Below, one piece after another: positions 1 through 8,167 of a DNA stretch of 27,691 nucleotides; positions within the stretch are counted from its first letter, which is position 1, and every line of letters starts with the position of its first letter. Location: NCBI GenBank assembly GCA_963712115.1, contig CAVQGX010000013.1, forward strand, positions 1-27,691, given 5' to 3'. Position numbers and translations under genes: made by a program. The DNA comes from an uncultured delta proteobacterium. GTDB taxonomy: Bacteria; Desulfobacterota; Syntrophobacteria; BM002. Below the pieces are notes generated by a model. The model did no database searches, had not been told where the DNA came from, and saw nothing but the letters and a program-made list of their open reading frames with translations.

Positions 1-15
1 AGCGAGTCTACGCCT

Positions 16-1110
16 TTAGGGTGCGGATAGGGTACGGATAGGTGCAATCTCGTCTAACTCGTCCACCTGACTTTTATGCTTACCAGGCAACCAGTGGGCA
101 TAAGTCTTGAGGGTGAAACCAGGGTCGTGGTGACCTAGTTGGTTGCTAATGTCCACTATGTTGTCACCTTTGGCCACTCGTAGCGTAGCGTAAGTATGTC
201 GGAGATCATGAATGCGGATAGTTCTAGGTGCGACATCTTTCGTGGCATTGTATAGAGTCCAGTAGTTTGGACGCCTGCCTTTCGCATCTTTAAATATAAC
301 TCCATCGAGACTAACAACCTTTGTGGCGCTTCTCAGTTTACGCAATGCTTCAATCACCATCGGAGTAAGGTCAACCTTACGTGACTTACCATTTTTCGGT
401 GGCCCTAACGTTTTCCTGGTATAACACCAACTCTTGCTGATCTCTGCAGTGCGCTCCTCGAAATCAATGTCAGACCACTCAATAGCAAGTATCTCGCCAA
501 TTCTTAACCCTGTCCGTAATGCAACCAGAAATAGCGTGTATAATACGTCAGAGAGTCGCTCCTTTGCGTTTTCAAGAAGGGTGCTTACCTCATCAGCCGT
601 CAGCGGGTCAATGTCTTTCACAGTGCCACTGCCAGTGTACTTGCCCATCCTTCGGCACGGGTTCACTTCGATCAACTCATCTTCTATTGCGCTGTTTAAA
701 ATGCCACTGATAACGCTGTTAACTGTTTTTCTTCTCGATGGCGAAAGCCCTTGCTGCTTTAGTTGGGCCATGAGAGTCTTTATGCCCACCCTTTTGACTT
801 CATCCAGGCGTTTACTACCAAATGCGGTTTTAACATAAAGCTCAAAAGCCTTCTGGTACTCGCTCCTGGTCGAGTCTCTCCATTCGTGGAAAGGTGCTTG
901 CAACCAATGCTTACCGTATTGTGCCATAGTCGGGCACTTCTCTCTGATCATCCCAAGATCACCCCTGGCAAGCCGTGCTTCCACTTCTCGTTTAACGGTA
1001 TTAGCAGCCCGCTTGTCGCCTACCTTCTTACTCCTACGATTGCCTTTGTGGTTGATGAATACCCACCATTCGCCGGAGCCCTTCTTTTTCTCTCTTACTA
1101 TGACTGCCAT
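16..1110 (-). CDS. int: Tyrosine recombinase / phage integrase with N-terminal arm-binding-type domain
   Basis: Catalytic residues visible: TGLRIGE (R), PKNGK (K), HDLRH, LGH, TYAH (Y). ATG at 1110 follows AAGGGAG. Confidence 0.95.
   Translation of the reverse strand: MAVIVREKKKGSGEWWVFINHKGNRRSKKVGDKRAANTVKREVEARLARGDLGMIREKCPTMAQYGKHWLQAPFHEWRDSTRSEYQKAFELYVKTAFGSKRLDEVKRVGIKTLMAQLKQQGLSPSRRKTVNSVISGILNSAIEDELIEVNPCRRMGKYTGSGTVKDIDPLTADEVSTLLENAKERLSDVLYTLFLVALRTGLRIGEILAIEWSDIDFEERTAEISKSWCYTRKTLGPPKNGKSRKVDLTPMVIEALRKLRSATKVVSLDGVIFKDAKGRRPNYWTLYNATKDVAPRTIRIHDLRHTYATLRVAKGDNIVDISNQLGHHDPGFTLKTYAHWLPGKHKSQVDELDEIAPIRTLSAP
17..46. repeat. 11-bp-period tandem repeat in the integrase 3' end, putative arm-type binding sites
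   Basis: TAGGGTGCGGA-TAGGGTACGGA-TAGGTGCA overlapping the last int codons. Confidence 0.55.
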
Positions 1111-1131
1111 TTGGATCACGCTCCCTTCTTT

Positions 1132-1200
1132 AAAAAGAAAAACCCGGCTTTTCCCACCTCAGCACGGAGGCCCTGGCCCTTGCGGTACCAGGAAGCCGGG
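1132..1200 (-). promoter_or_regulatory. Structured 5' leader of int (branched stem-loop followed by a U-tract)
   Basis: Minus strand: CCCGGCTT/AAGCCGGG outer stem encloses CCTGGTACC-GCAA-GGGCCAGG and CCTC-N6-GAGG hairpins, then TTTTTCTTTTT just before the int RBS. Confidence 0.55.
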
Positions 1201-1248
1201 AATCTCTTTTTGTATGGGCTGTTCATGTCGTGCCTTTCGGGAAATTGG

Positions 1249-1303
1249 TTGACAAGGTATTAATTTGGTAATACCATGCTATTACTCAGTATGTCTTTGT
1301 CAA
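1249..1303. promoter_or_regulatory. Overlapping face-to-face sigma70 promoters for the RHH gene (+) and int (-)
   Basis: Plus: TTGACA (1249-1254)-N17-TACCAT (1272-1277). Minus: TTGACA (1303-1298)-N16-TAGCAT (1281-1276). Palindrome TGGTAATACCA at 1266-1276. Confidence 0.65.
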
Positions 1304-1357
1304 GCTATTTTATTGACACCGATAACTAATCCTTGTAAGTAAAGGAGGATGTGGACA

Positions 1358-1510
1358 TTGCTAACCGTCAAAGTTGACCCCCGCATGAAAAATGCCATCC
1401 AGAAGGTAGCTCGCAAACATTTTATTTCAATGTCGGCAGCCATTAAACAAGCCATCGAAAAATACCTCCAGGAGCATGGCATCGACTGGAGAGAGGAAAA
1501 GGACGAATAA
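1358..1510 (+). CDS. Ribbon-helix-helix (CopG/Arc-like) DNA-binding protein, 50 aa, absent from the ORF track
   Basis: AAGGAGG at 1342-1348, TTG start. Translation MLTVKVDPRMKNAIQKVARKHFISMSAAIKQAIEKYLQEHGIDWREEKDE fits the beta-strand plus two helices RHH pattern. Confidence 0.8.
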   Translation: MLTVKVDPRMKNAIQKVARKHFISMSAAIKQAIEKYLQEHGIDWREEKDE

Positions 1511-1689
1511 GGAAATCCTCGTCAACCGACAAGCCTGGGGGCGTGGGGAGAGAACGGTCATTTCGAAGGGGGCCTGAGGCCCTGTACCCGGACGAGGTGT
1601 CGCCTATGATCACCTCGCCTTAAGGTAGTTCATCAAGCTCGATAGACTTCATCACTTGTCTCCTTGTCCCGTTAAAACTAATGCTTCAC

Positions 1690-2044
1690 TTAATCCTTCG
1701 CCTCGATGATGGCTTCTTGTCGCTCATCCCACTGCCGGAAGATATCAGCCCTTTTGAAAGCAGCGCCCTGGTCAGTTGCCATGTAATCCACGTAATCATA
1801 CAGAATTGAAACTAGGCACTCTCTACATATTGGAGTGAAGAAATCTGGACCCGCAGAGCCAGGGTCGGTACAGATTAACTGTGCTTCACAATGTCCGCAG
1901 ATCACATACGCTGGTATTAAATGTATTTGACGGCCAGGCATAAAACCGGGGAACAGAGTTAAATCTACACCTAGATGTTCGCAGCCCAAAATACTCGTCG
2001 CTCCCGCACTTGCATTTCATAACTTCACATCTCTTTTCCTTCAT
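1690..2044 (-). pseudogene. Cys-rich, probably Zn-binding hypothetical protein with a 1-nt frameshift near 1986-1990 (decay or sequencing error)
   Basis: AGGAAAGGAG RBS and ATG at 2044 give MKEKRCEVMKCKCGSDEYF. Removing one base joins this to GCEHLG...CGHC...CREC of the 1690-1989 ORF. Confidence 0.55.
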
Positions 2045-2058
2045 GACCTACTCCTTTC

Positions 2059-2667
2059 CTAATAAATATCTTCCTCCACATTGTGCCGCGCGAATGGAAA
2101 CTTGGCCAAACCAGCTAGCGCCCGGCCCAAGGCTTCAACCGCTGGGAAAAGAGCATCGCCATCGAGCCTCGCAGCTTCCAGCTGCCTGGCAAGTTCAGAA
2201 TCTTTATCCAAAACAAGCCTGCCTGTTCGGATGTGCTCGAAAACGATATGTCGGGCTTCATCCTTGTCCGCCAGGCTGACCTCCAAAAAGCCAGGTGATG
2301 GTTTAATTGTTTGGCCTCTAAAGACTTGCAGAGAAAACCTTTTATGAGTGGCATCGCTTTGAGCCCAGAAAAATAAACGGCAGAAATACTTCGACCAGGC
2401 CTTATTGAAGAAATGGCTAACACCATGGAACCGAATCTGGCCGTCTTGAATGATGTCGTCAACGGTTTGAAATTCAGCTTCGTCAAAAACAAAAATTTTG
2501 TTTGTCTTTACTTCTTGCCCTGCCAATACGACAAAGCCGTTGGACTCGGCAGTTGGCCAGTAAACCCCACCCCTGAGATAAAACTCAGCCGAATCATCGT
2601 GGTCACGGAAAAATAGGATGGAGGTTTCTCGATTTCTGTCGAAAACCGCTTTTCTTGGTCGCTTCAT
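2059..2667 (-). CDS. Hypothetical protein resembling a degenerate terminase RNase H-like nuclease domain; paralog of 2851-3453
   Basis: LRGGVYWP...GFVVLAG...GRLVLDKDSELARQL...AVEALGRAL aligns by eye with 2851-3453 and with the TerL C-terminal pattern. AGGGGAG RBS. Confidence 0.7.
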   Translation of the reverse strand: MKRPRKAVFDRNRETSILFFRDHDDSAEFYLRGGVYWPTAESNGFVVLAGQEVKTNKIFVFDEAEFQTVDDIIQDGQIRFHGVSHFFNKAWSKYFCRLFFWAQSDATHKRFSLQVFRGQTIKPSPGFLEVSLADKDEARHIVFEHIRTGRLVLDKDSELARQLEAARLDGDALFPAVEALGRALAGLAKFPFARHNVEEDIY

Positions 2668-2710
2668 AATTATTACTCCCTAACCCCCATAGATTCGCTC
2701 AGACTTTTAA

Positions 2711-2820
2711 TCTATAAAGGTGTGGATTATAAAACCCTCTTTCCTTATAAGTTGCCCCTTATAAAAGGACTTTATAAATCCGTTTATAAATTGCCCATCC
2801 TTATAGCCTCAATCCTTATA
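2711..2820. repeat. Array of 8 YTATA(A) motifs in the intergenic gap
   Basis: TATA cores at 2713, 2728, 2746, 2760, 2773, 2785, 2802, 2817 (spacing 12-18 bp), several as CCTTATA or TTTATAAA. Confidence 0.7.
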
Positions 2821-2850
2821 CTTCCGCATAAACACAGTAAGGTATCAGGG

Positions 2851-3453
2851 TTAGGCGAGGCAGCTCTCCAGGCTAAAGTCTTCGAGTTCTTTTTCCCATG
2901 GCATCTCCTTTATGCCAGACAATAAGTACCGAAGGGCGGTTATACCGTAGACCTCCTCAACTGGAGATTCATGCCGACCCGCCTGCAGTTGACTCGCAAG
3001 GACACCGTCTGTAGGAAGTTTTAATCGCTCGGCTGCAAGGAAATCTTGAATGAGGCGAAGGCCGTAATCGACTGCATCTGCGTGGCTGGCAGGTACAAGG
3101 GGGATCTTGCCCTGCAATTCCGGGGCTCTGCGAAGATAACTGATGAACCCCTCACTTTGAGCGTTCTCATCGAAATAGTAAAGCGATGGAAGGTAAGCCG
3201 AGAGTTCGTCAAGTACCGCAATGGCGCCAGCGATATCTGTAAAGAGCTTTTCCTCGACAATGTCCACCACTTCGGATCCCAGTAGCTTTAAGGCTAGCAA
3301 AACAACTCCCGGATAGTCTTGGTGGGGGAAAACAATGGCGCCACGAATGAGGCCATAGGTTTCAACTTTGCCATCCTCATAGGAGATCTTCGTTAATTCG
3401 ATGCCAGCCACCGACCCAAGCTGCTTGTTTCTGAATGCGCTGACAATCTTCAT
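2851..3453 (-). CDS. Hypothetical protein resembling a degenerate terminase RNase H-like nuclease domain
   Basis: IRGAIVFP...PGVVLLA...GLRLIQDFLAAERLKLP...LASQL...ITALRYLL. Starts 2 nt after the TerL stop. Confidence 0.75.
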   Translation of the reverse strand: MKIVSAFRNKQLGSVAGIELTKISYEDGKVETYGLIRGAIVFPHQDYPGVVLLALKLLGSEVVDIVEEKLFTDIAGAIAVLDELSAYLPSLYYFDENAQSEGFISYLRRAPELQGKIPLVPASHADAVDYGLRLIQDFLAAERLKLPTDGVLASQLQAGRHESPVEEVYGITALRYLLSGIKEMPWEKELEDFSLESCLA

Positions 3454-3455
3454 CT

Positions 3456-5042
3456 TTACCTCGTGTGTTTTGATGGATCAAAACCGGGGAACAGCAGATT
3501 CGGGCTATTCTGCCTCGCCATGGCCTCATAGTTGGAAGCGTGTCTGAAGTGGTCTGGGCCCAGGCGGACGTAGACGTATCTCTTGGATCCTGTCTCCTCG
3601 TCCTCCTCCAGTTTTTTGGCCACGTTGTGCAGGTGCTTTGCGAACTCCCTGGTGATCTCACACTCTTTGGGTAAGATGAGCTCCCCCTTCATAACCTCGT
3701 TGTGAGAGGCGTCCAGGCTTTCCGTCCGGTTGCAGGAAACAGTGAGATCTTTCTCATTCCAGGCGTATTGGCCTTTTCTGTGTTCCTGATAAAAACAAAG
3801 GTAGACCTTACTCGGGTGCCTTTCCGCAAAAGCTCGTGCATTCCTAGTCTCTGGGAGGGCATCCACCACGCAGCGAGAAACCTTGAAAGCCTTCATGAGC
3901 CGGTCTAGCTCTTCCCAATCCTTGTAGACAGCAATATGAAGCAGTCTACCGGCCTTGCCTGGGTGTTTCTTGCCAATAACCACGTGCAGATCCTTGCCTT
4001 GATCCACACCCATATAACAGGGCCCAGGGTCACTGCTAGCTATGCCATCGTTGCCGCACAGTGCCAACACTTCCTCCACGCTTAGCCGGTTCTCAGCTTC
4101 GACATAAGCGACTCCGATCTTCAAATTGTAAAAATCTTGGAGATTGTTGGTCGTTCTGAACTGGTGAAGGATCTCACCCGGATCCACGTACTGAGAAAAG
4201 AGCTGGCTGTAGTGGTAACCTCGCCTCTCTCTGATGGAAGGCCGTTTCGCTACCCACTCCCCCTGGCTAGGGTCTAGCTCGGATTTACAGCGCTCACAGG
4301 CACGTATCACCCTACCCCCCACCTCGAGTAAGCAATCGGGGAAGGTGTCCTCCAGACACGTAAAATGGCCGCATTTGGAGCATTTCAAAAGCCAGTACCG
4401 CTGATCTGTCTCCTGAAAAGCTTTATCGATCCCATAGTCTGGCAAGGTCGGGTTAGAGAGCTTTAAGACCTCCCTAAATTCAGAGTGACTCATACGTTCC
4501 ATAGCCATATCCATAGCGTTCTGTGGGGCCTCATCGAGCTCATCGAGGATCAGAAAGTCAACCGGAATAGACTTCAGACCAACCCTCGACTGCATACCCC
4601 TTAAATAAAGAAAGCTATTCCACACCTGCTTCAAGCCAGCGCTGTCGGTGTCCCGGATCCACTGAGCTATGGAGTCAGAGTTTTCATCAATCAACGGAGA
4701 TATACGACTTCGAGAGAAGTCAAGAACGTCTGTCCTACTGGGGAAAAGATATAAAATGCCTTTATAGCCCCGGTACCTGGCACCATAGAGGGCTTTCAGC
4801 ATGGCCCTGGTAGTGCAGCCCATTTGCGTGGCCTTCAGTTCAATTTGGTGGGGATGATCGTCTTCATACGGCCCCCTTAGATACTCGTGCCGGGTGAAAC
4901 TGAAAGACCTACCGTCAAGAATGATAGGCGTATTTACTGCCCAATCAGACAAGGACGAATCCTCGCTAGAGCTTTGGTCAAACTCCCGGCTAATCGAGCT
5001 CAATAGGGAATCGTATATCTCTTCGCTTTTTAAGCCTTTCAT
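3456..5042 (-). CDS. terL: Terminase large subunit, GpA-like
   Basis: Walker A-like KATQMGCT, Walker B ILDELDE, coupling motif SNPT, CxxC...CxxC Zn motif, nuclease motifs MGVDQG and PDHFRHA. Confidence 0.9.
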   Translation of the reverse strand: MKGLKSEEIYDSLLSSISREFDQSSSEDSSLSDWAVNTPIILDGRSFSFTRHEYLRGPYEDDHPHQIELKATQMGCTTRAMLKALYGARYRGYKGILYLFPSRTDVLDFSRSRISPLIDENSDSIAQWIRDTDSAGLKQVWNSFLYLRGMQSRVGLKSIPVDFLILDELDEAPQNAMDMAMERMSHSEFREVLKLSNPTLPDYGIDKAFQETDQRYWLLKCSKCGHFTCLEDTFPDCLLEVGGRVIRACERCKSELDPSQGEWVAKRPSIRERRGYHYSQLFSQYVDPGEILHQFRTTNNLQDFYNLKIGVAYVEAENRLSVEEVLALCGNDGIASSDPGPCYMGVDQGKDLHVVIGKKHPGKAGRLLHIAVYKDWEELDRLMKAFKVSRCVVDALPETRNARAFAERHPSKVYLCFYQEHRKGQYAWNEKDLTVSCNRTESLDASHNEVMKGELILPKECEITREFAKHLHNVAKKLEEDEETGSKRYVYVRLGPDHFRHASNYEAMARQNSPNLLFPGFDPSKHTR

Positions 5043-5493
5043 AAATACGCCTCTGGCACTCTGGGGTTTCTTTGCCTATTTCTTCTGTTATCTCCTTGAT
5101 GATCCCTTGCACTTCCTTGACTTGAAACAGCTTGTAGCCAATATCACCCACTGCGCTGATTAGCTTGCGTAACTCTGCGCAGAACTTTAGTTTCTGGTTC
5201 TGCCACTCCCTGTACTCGGCATCGTCCTTTGGTGGGATTGAGGTTTCGATCCATTCCACCTCCGCCTTTGCCTTTTCAGCGAGATACAACAAGTGCGTTG
5301 TTGCTTGGTCTTGGGCTGCCTCATACTTGGGGGCTTCTATGATGGCGGATCTCGTTGCAGAAAGGTTCATTCTTTTGAGCGCTTTGCTGACACCCCCCTT
5401 GGTATAGCCGAGCTTCTCGGCAATCGCAGTCACGCCTAAGCCGTCATCATAAAGTTCCCTTACTTTAATGAGGTCTATCGAAGGTGCTGGCAT
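4990..5493 (-). CDS. HTH protein, putative terminase small subunit
   Basis: N-terminal HTH (GLGVTAIAEKLGYTKGGVSKAL) with a helical C-terminus; directly upstream of and overlapping terL. Confidence 0.7.
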   Translation of the reverse strand: MPAPSIDLIKVRELYDDGLGVTAIAEKLGYTKGGVSKALKRMNLSATRSAIIEAPKYEAAQDQATTHLLYLAEKAKAEVEWIETSIPPKDDAEYREWQNQKLKFCAELRKLISAVGDIGYKLFQVKEVQGIIKEITEEIGKETPECQRRIYERLKKRRDIRFPIELD

Positions 5494-5507
5494 CTAAAAT
5501 CCTTTAA

Positions 5508-5544
5508 TGGAAACGCTGGAAACTTTGCGTGGAAACAGTTTCCA
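5508..5544. repeat. TGGAAAC repeat cluster with a perfect palindrome upstream of the terS-like gene
   Basis: TGGAAAC at 5508, 5517 and 5530; palindrome TGGAAAC-A-GTTTCCA at 5530-5544; another copy at 5639. Confidence 0.7.
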
Positions 5545-5673
5545 GAGGGTGAAAGTAAGCCTGGTTTCTACACCCTATGCGCTCCCTAAGCTATTAAAGT
5601 GATTCTAAGTAATTGTTATTTCAGTATTAATTCTGCCATGGAAACAAACTATCATTTTGTTTACGTCCCCTTT

Positions 5674-5979
5674 TTATTCGGCCAATCCCTCCAGTAGCTC
5701 CGTAGCTGCTTGACTGGTCGTACTCTGAACTTCAAAGGAATTGAGAAACTCATCTATCGCAAAAATCGAGATAAGGATTCTCCCACTGGGCAGACGTGAA
5801 TGCCGCAAACCACCCTTGAGCCAGGATCGAAAGACCTTCAAACTGACCCCGCTGTATCGTGCGGCCTCAGAAGGTTTCAACCAGCCTTGGATTTTATGTT
5901 CACCAACGACCTTCAAGTCTACCTTTGCCTTTACCCTTCCCCTTACCCACCTCCCGAGGGACCACCAAGCGAGAGGCAA
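5674..5979 (-). CDS. Excisionase/MerR-like HTH DNA-binding protein (true start probably further in)
   Basis: WLKPSEAARYSGVSLKVFRSW...LPSGRILI...IDEFL is a typical xis-like HTH pattern. Confidence 0.75.
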   Translation of the reverse strand: MPLAWWSLGRWVRGRVKAKVDLKVVGEHKIQGWLKPSEAARYSGVSLKVFRSWLKGGLRHSRLPSGRILISIFAIDEFLNSFEVQSTTSQAATELLEGLAE

Positions 5980-6073
5980 CCAATGAGTGTTCCTTTAGTT
6001 AATAAATAAAAGGACTATATATTATATGTAGGTTCCTAAAAACGAGTTTCCCTTGCGTTATCAGTTAGTTATT

Positions 6074-6186
6074 GGTGGCTACCTTACCGACTAGCCACTT
6101 TGTTACGAAATTCGCTGTTTTCGTTTTAACCATGCGGCTACACACCGACTAGCCACTTTGCCTAAAATCGGTTTCCCACTAGCCAC
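6074..6186. repeat. Iteron-like cluster, putative replication origin
   Basis: ACCGACTAGCCACTTTG exact at 6086-6102 and 6144-6160, ACTAGCCAC at 6178-6186, inverted GGTGGCTA at 6074-6081. An AT-rich tract lies near 5995-6030, directly downstream of the helicase. Confidence 0.7.
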
Positions 6187-6423
6187 CTGGCCATTTTGCG
6201 CTAACTGCCTGAGTAAATTTGTGTCAACCATGCGATTTTAACCTGGCTAGGAGTCTGTCGGAGTACCTCTTTATTGGACACTTGGTGGTCATCGTGGCCC
6301 TAATGGGACCCTAAAACGGCGAATGGAGTGGTCAACGTTAGTCAGAATGCCAGTGCGACTGAACCTTGCGTCCCTATTTTTCCATTGAGAGCTAGCTAGT
6401 CCGACACACTCCTAGTTTATGAA

Positions 6424-7719
6424 TTAGCCACCCTGCATTCTGGCATTCCAATACTTGACGCCATCAACCAGTTTTTCATTGATGTATCCCACAGTTAGAG
6501 CCTCTTTGATGCCGTCCTGGGCTAGTTTTCTGATACAGTCGGCTTCATCCTGTATAAGCCTACACAGCTCGTTCTGTGAGCCTAGGTATCCATTCCTGTC
6601 GCCATGTCTCTTAATCAGGTCGGCAATAAACAGCGGTGATGCCTTTCTCTGGTCACTGGTAACATGGTGAACGAAATTAGAATCACGCTCGAGGTAAACC
6701 GGTCTGCGCTGCGGCCCGTTGCGGATCTTGATATAGTCCACCATCCTTCCTGGTCCCGGATTGTCGGGCTTACCTGTATGTCTCAGGGTCACAATGGTGT
6801 CAGCCCAATCTCTTATGGCTGAAGCACCTCTGAGCCTGTAGCGCAGTGGAATTTCATCTTTTCGATTAGTTGCTGGTTGGCCGAAATGATGGATGATGAT
6901 TGATGCAGCCCCTGTTTTGCGGTTGAGGTAGGTGATGGCATCTAGGACGTTTCGCATGGCCACATTGTCATTTTCTTTCCGGTTGTGGAAAGAGACCAGC
7001 GGGTCCCACCAGACCACGGTGGCCCCTGAATCCCTTATCTGCTGCTCGGCATGGTCAAGGAACTCCCCACTCAGTAAGGAAGGCTTGCGGTATGACCTTG
7101 CATAGAAAATACGATTGTGGCAGGACTCGATGCCATAGCCCTGCATGATTTTCTTGGTGCGAAATTGCTCTACCTTTAAGGTGTTCTCTGTTTGAAACAC
7201 AAGGACGGTCTCTGCGTGGGGAGTTTTCATGCCGTAGACAGGCAGTCCCCCGGCCAGCAGTACAGACCACTCGACCCTCATAAGCGATTTTCCCACCTCA
7301 GACTCACCACCAAGGATCATGCCCCCACCAGCAGGCAATATGCCGTTGATAAGTATTGGTGGACCTTCTTTAATCTCAGCCTTGAGGATTTCATCAATTC
7401 CAACTGGTGAGTTTTTCGCTGATGTCTTTTTCTTCGCTGTCATTTTGTGGTCCCTGTTTTTTGCTTCTTCTTTGAGAATCCTAGCTGTCAGCCGCTTAAT
7501 TTCTCTGTCCAAGTAATCATCATCGGCAACGAGATTAGCCGCTTTCAATAAGACTCGATTCATGGCCAGTGCTTTAGCCAGTTGATGGCGCAGCGATTCA
7601 GCTAAGCTGTCCAGCCATTGCAGCCGGTACCTGCAGTCCATCTTACATTTGTCGCAGTCGCCCTTGATTTCATTTACCAACGCTTCAAACTTAGCCACAC
7701 TTAGCTTTTCGTCTTCCAT
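6424..7719 (-). CDS. AAA_25 / RepA-like (RecA-fold) replicative helicase
   Basis: Walker A GESEVGKS, QTEN, Walker B VVWWDP, ENDN, IIHH, RGASA motifs. ATG at 7719 follows GAAGGGG. Confidence 0.85.
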   Translation of the reverse strand: MEDEKLSVAKFEALVNEIKGDCDKCKMDCRYRLQWLDSLAESLRHQLAKALAMNRVLLKAANLVADDDYLDREIKRLTARILKEEAKNRDHKMTAKKKTSAKNSPVGIDEILKAEIKEGPPILINGILPAGGGMILGGESEVGKSLMRVEWSVLLAGGLPVYGMKTPHAETVLVFQTENTLKVEQFRTKKIMQGYGIESCHNRIFYARSYRKPSLLSGEFLDHAEQQIRDSGATVVWWDPLVSFHNRKENDNVAMRNVLDAITYLNRKTGAASIIIHHFGQPATNRKDEIPLRYRLRGASAIRDWADTIVTLRHTGKPDNPGPGRMVDYIKIRNGPQRRPVYLERDSNFVHHVTSDQRKASPLFIADLIKRHGDRNGYLGSQNELCRLIQDEADCIRKLAQDGIKEALTVGYINEKLVDGVKYWNARMQGG

Positions 7720-7834
7720 AACTAAAACCCCTTCAACTGAAGTCTGCGCCCCATCCAACGAGCCATGTTAGCTGTAAGCACCCCTGCAACGAATAACTCT
7801 AAAATCCACACCGTCAGCTTGTACTTGATCCGTC

Positions 7835-8092
7835 TCATTTGAAATCACTCACCACCTCGTCAACTATCTTGTCTAAATCAGGTTTGTATCGATGCCCCTC
7901 CATCCATTGATTAAACTCATCGAGTCTCACTAGGAAAGTGCCGCCATACTTGAAAGATGGAAGGTCGCCGCTTTTCACCGCTTCACGTAATCTAGTCAGT
8001 CCCACACCAGACCATACAGCTAAGTTTTTCAACTGCATATAGGCCGGTTCGATCTGGGATACCGCTTTGATTATGTGAATTTTCTTAGTCAT
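7835..8092 (-). CDS. Excisionase-like HTH protein
   Basis: LAVWSGVGLTRLREAVKSGDLPSFKYGGTFLVRLDEFNQWM fits the HTH_17/xis pattern. Confidence 0.8.
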   Translation of the reverse strand: MTKKIHIIKAVSQIEPAYMQLKNLAVWSGVGLTRLREAVKSGDLPSFKYGGTFLVRLDEFNQWMEGHRYKPDLDKIVDEVVSDFK

Positions 8093-8167
8093 AATTTCCC
8101 AATAAAAAAACCCACTCGCTACCAAAAGGCAGGGTGGGCTTTCTTAGATGCGGTTATAAATAATAAA

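Larger units (their letters stand above)
1..8167 (-). mobile_element. Phage-satellite-like or defective-prophage integrative element (int, RHH, TerS/TerL, helicase, ori, xis); left end probably lies beyond the window
   Basis: Co-oriented minus-strand integrase, xis-like HTHs, AAA_25 helicase, iterons and terminase genes. No portal, capsid or tail ORF recognised. The right side abuts ISL3. Confidence 0.7.

Noticed and set aside
16-1110. Integrase as an integron integrase (IntI) serving the attC-like sites
   Set aside because: It has a phage-type N-terminal arm-binding region, lacks the IntI-specific insertion before HxxR, and no attI is evident.
434-1263. Plus-strand ORFs over the integrase, and similar antisense ORFs over terL, the helicase, IS110, the amidase and the aminotransferase
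   Set aside because: They are shadows of well-supported genes on the opposite strand, with no motifs or RBS.
2722-2925. ORF with repeated YKLP-like words
   Set aside because: It is a by-product of the TATAA motif array, antisense to the operon and without a clear RBS.
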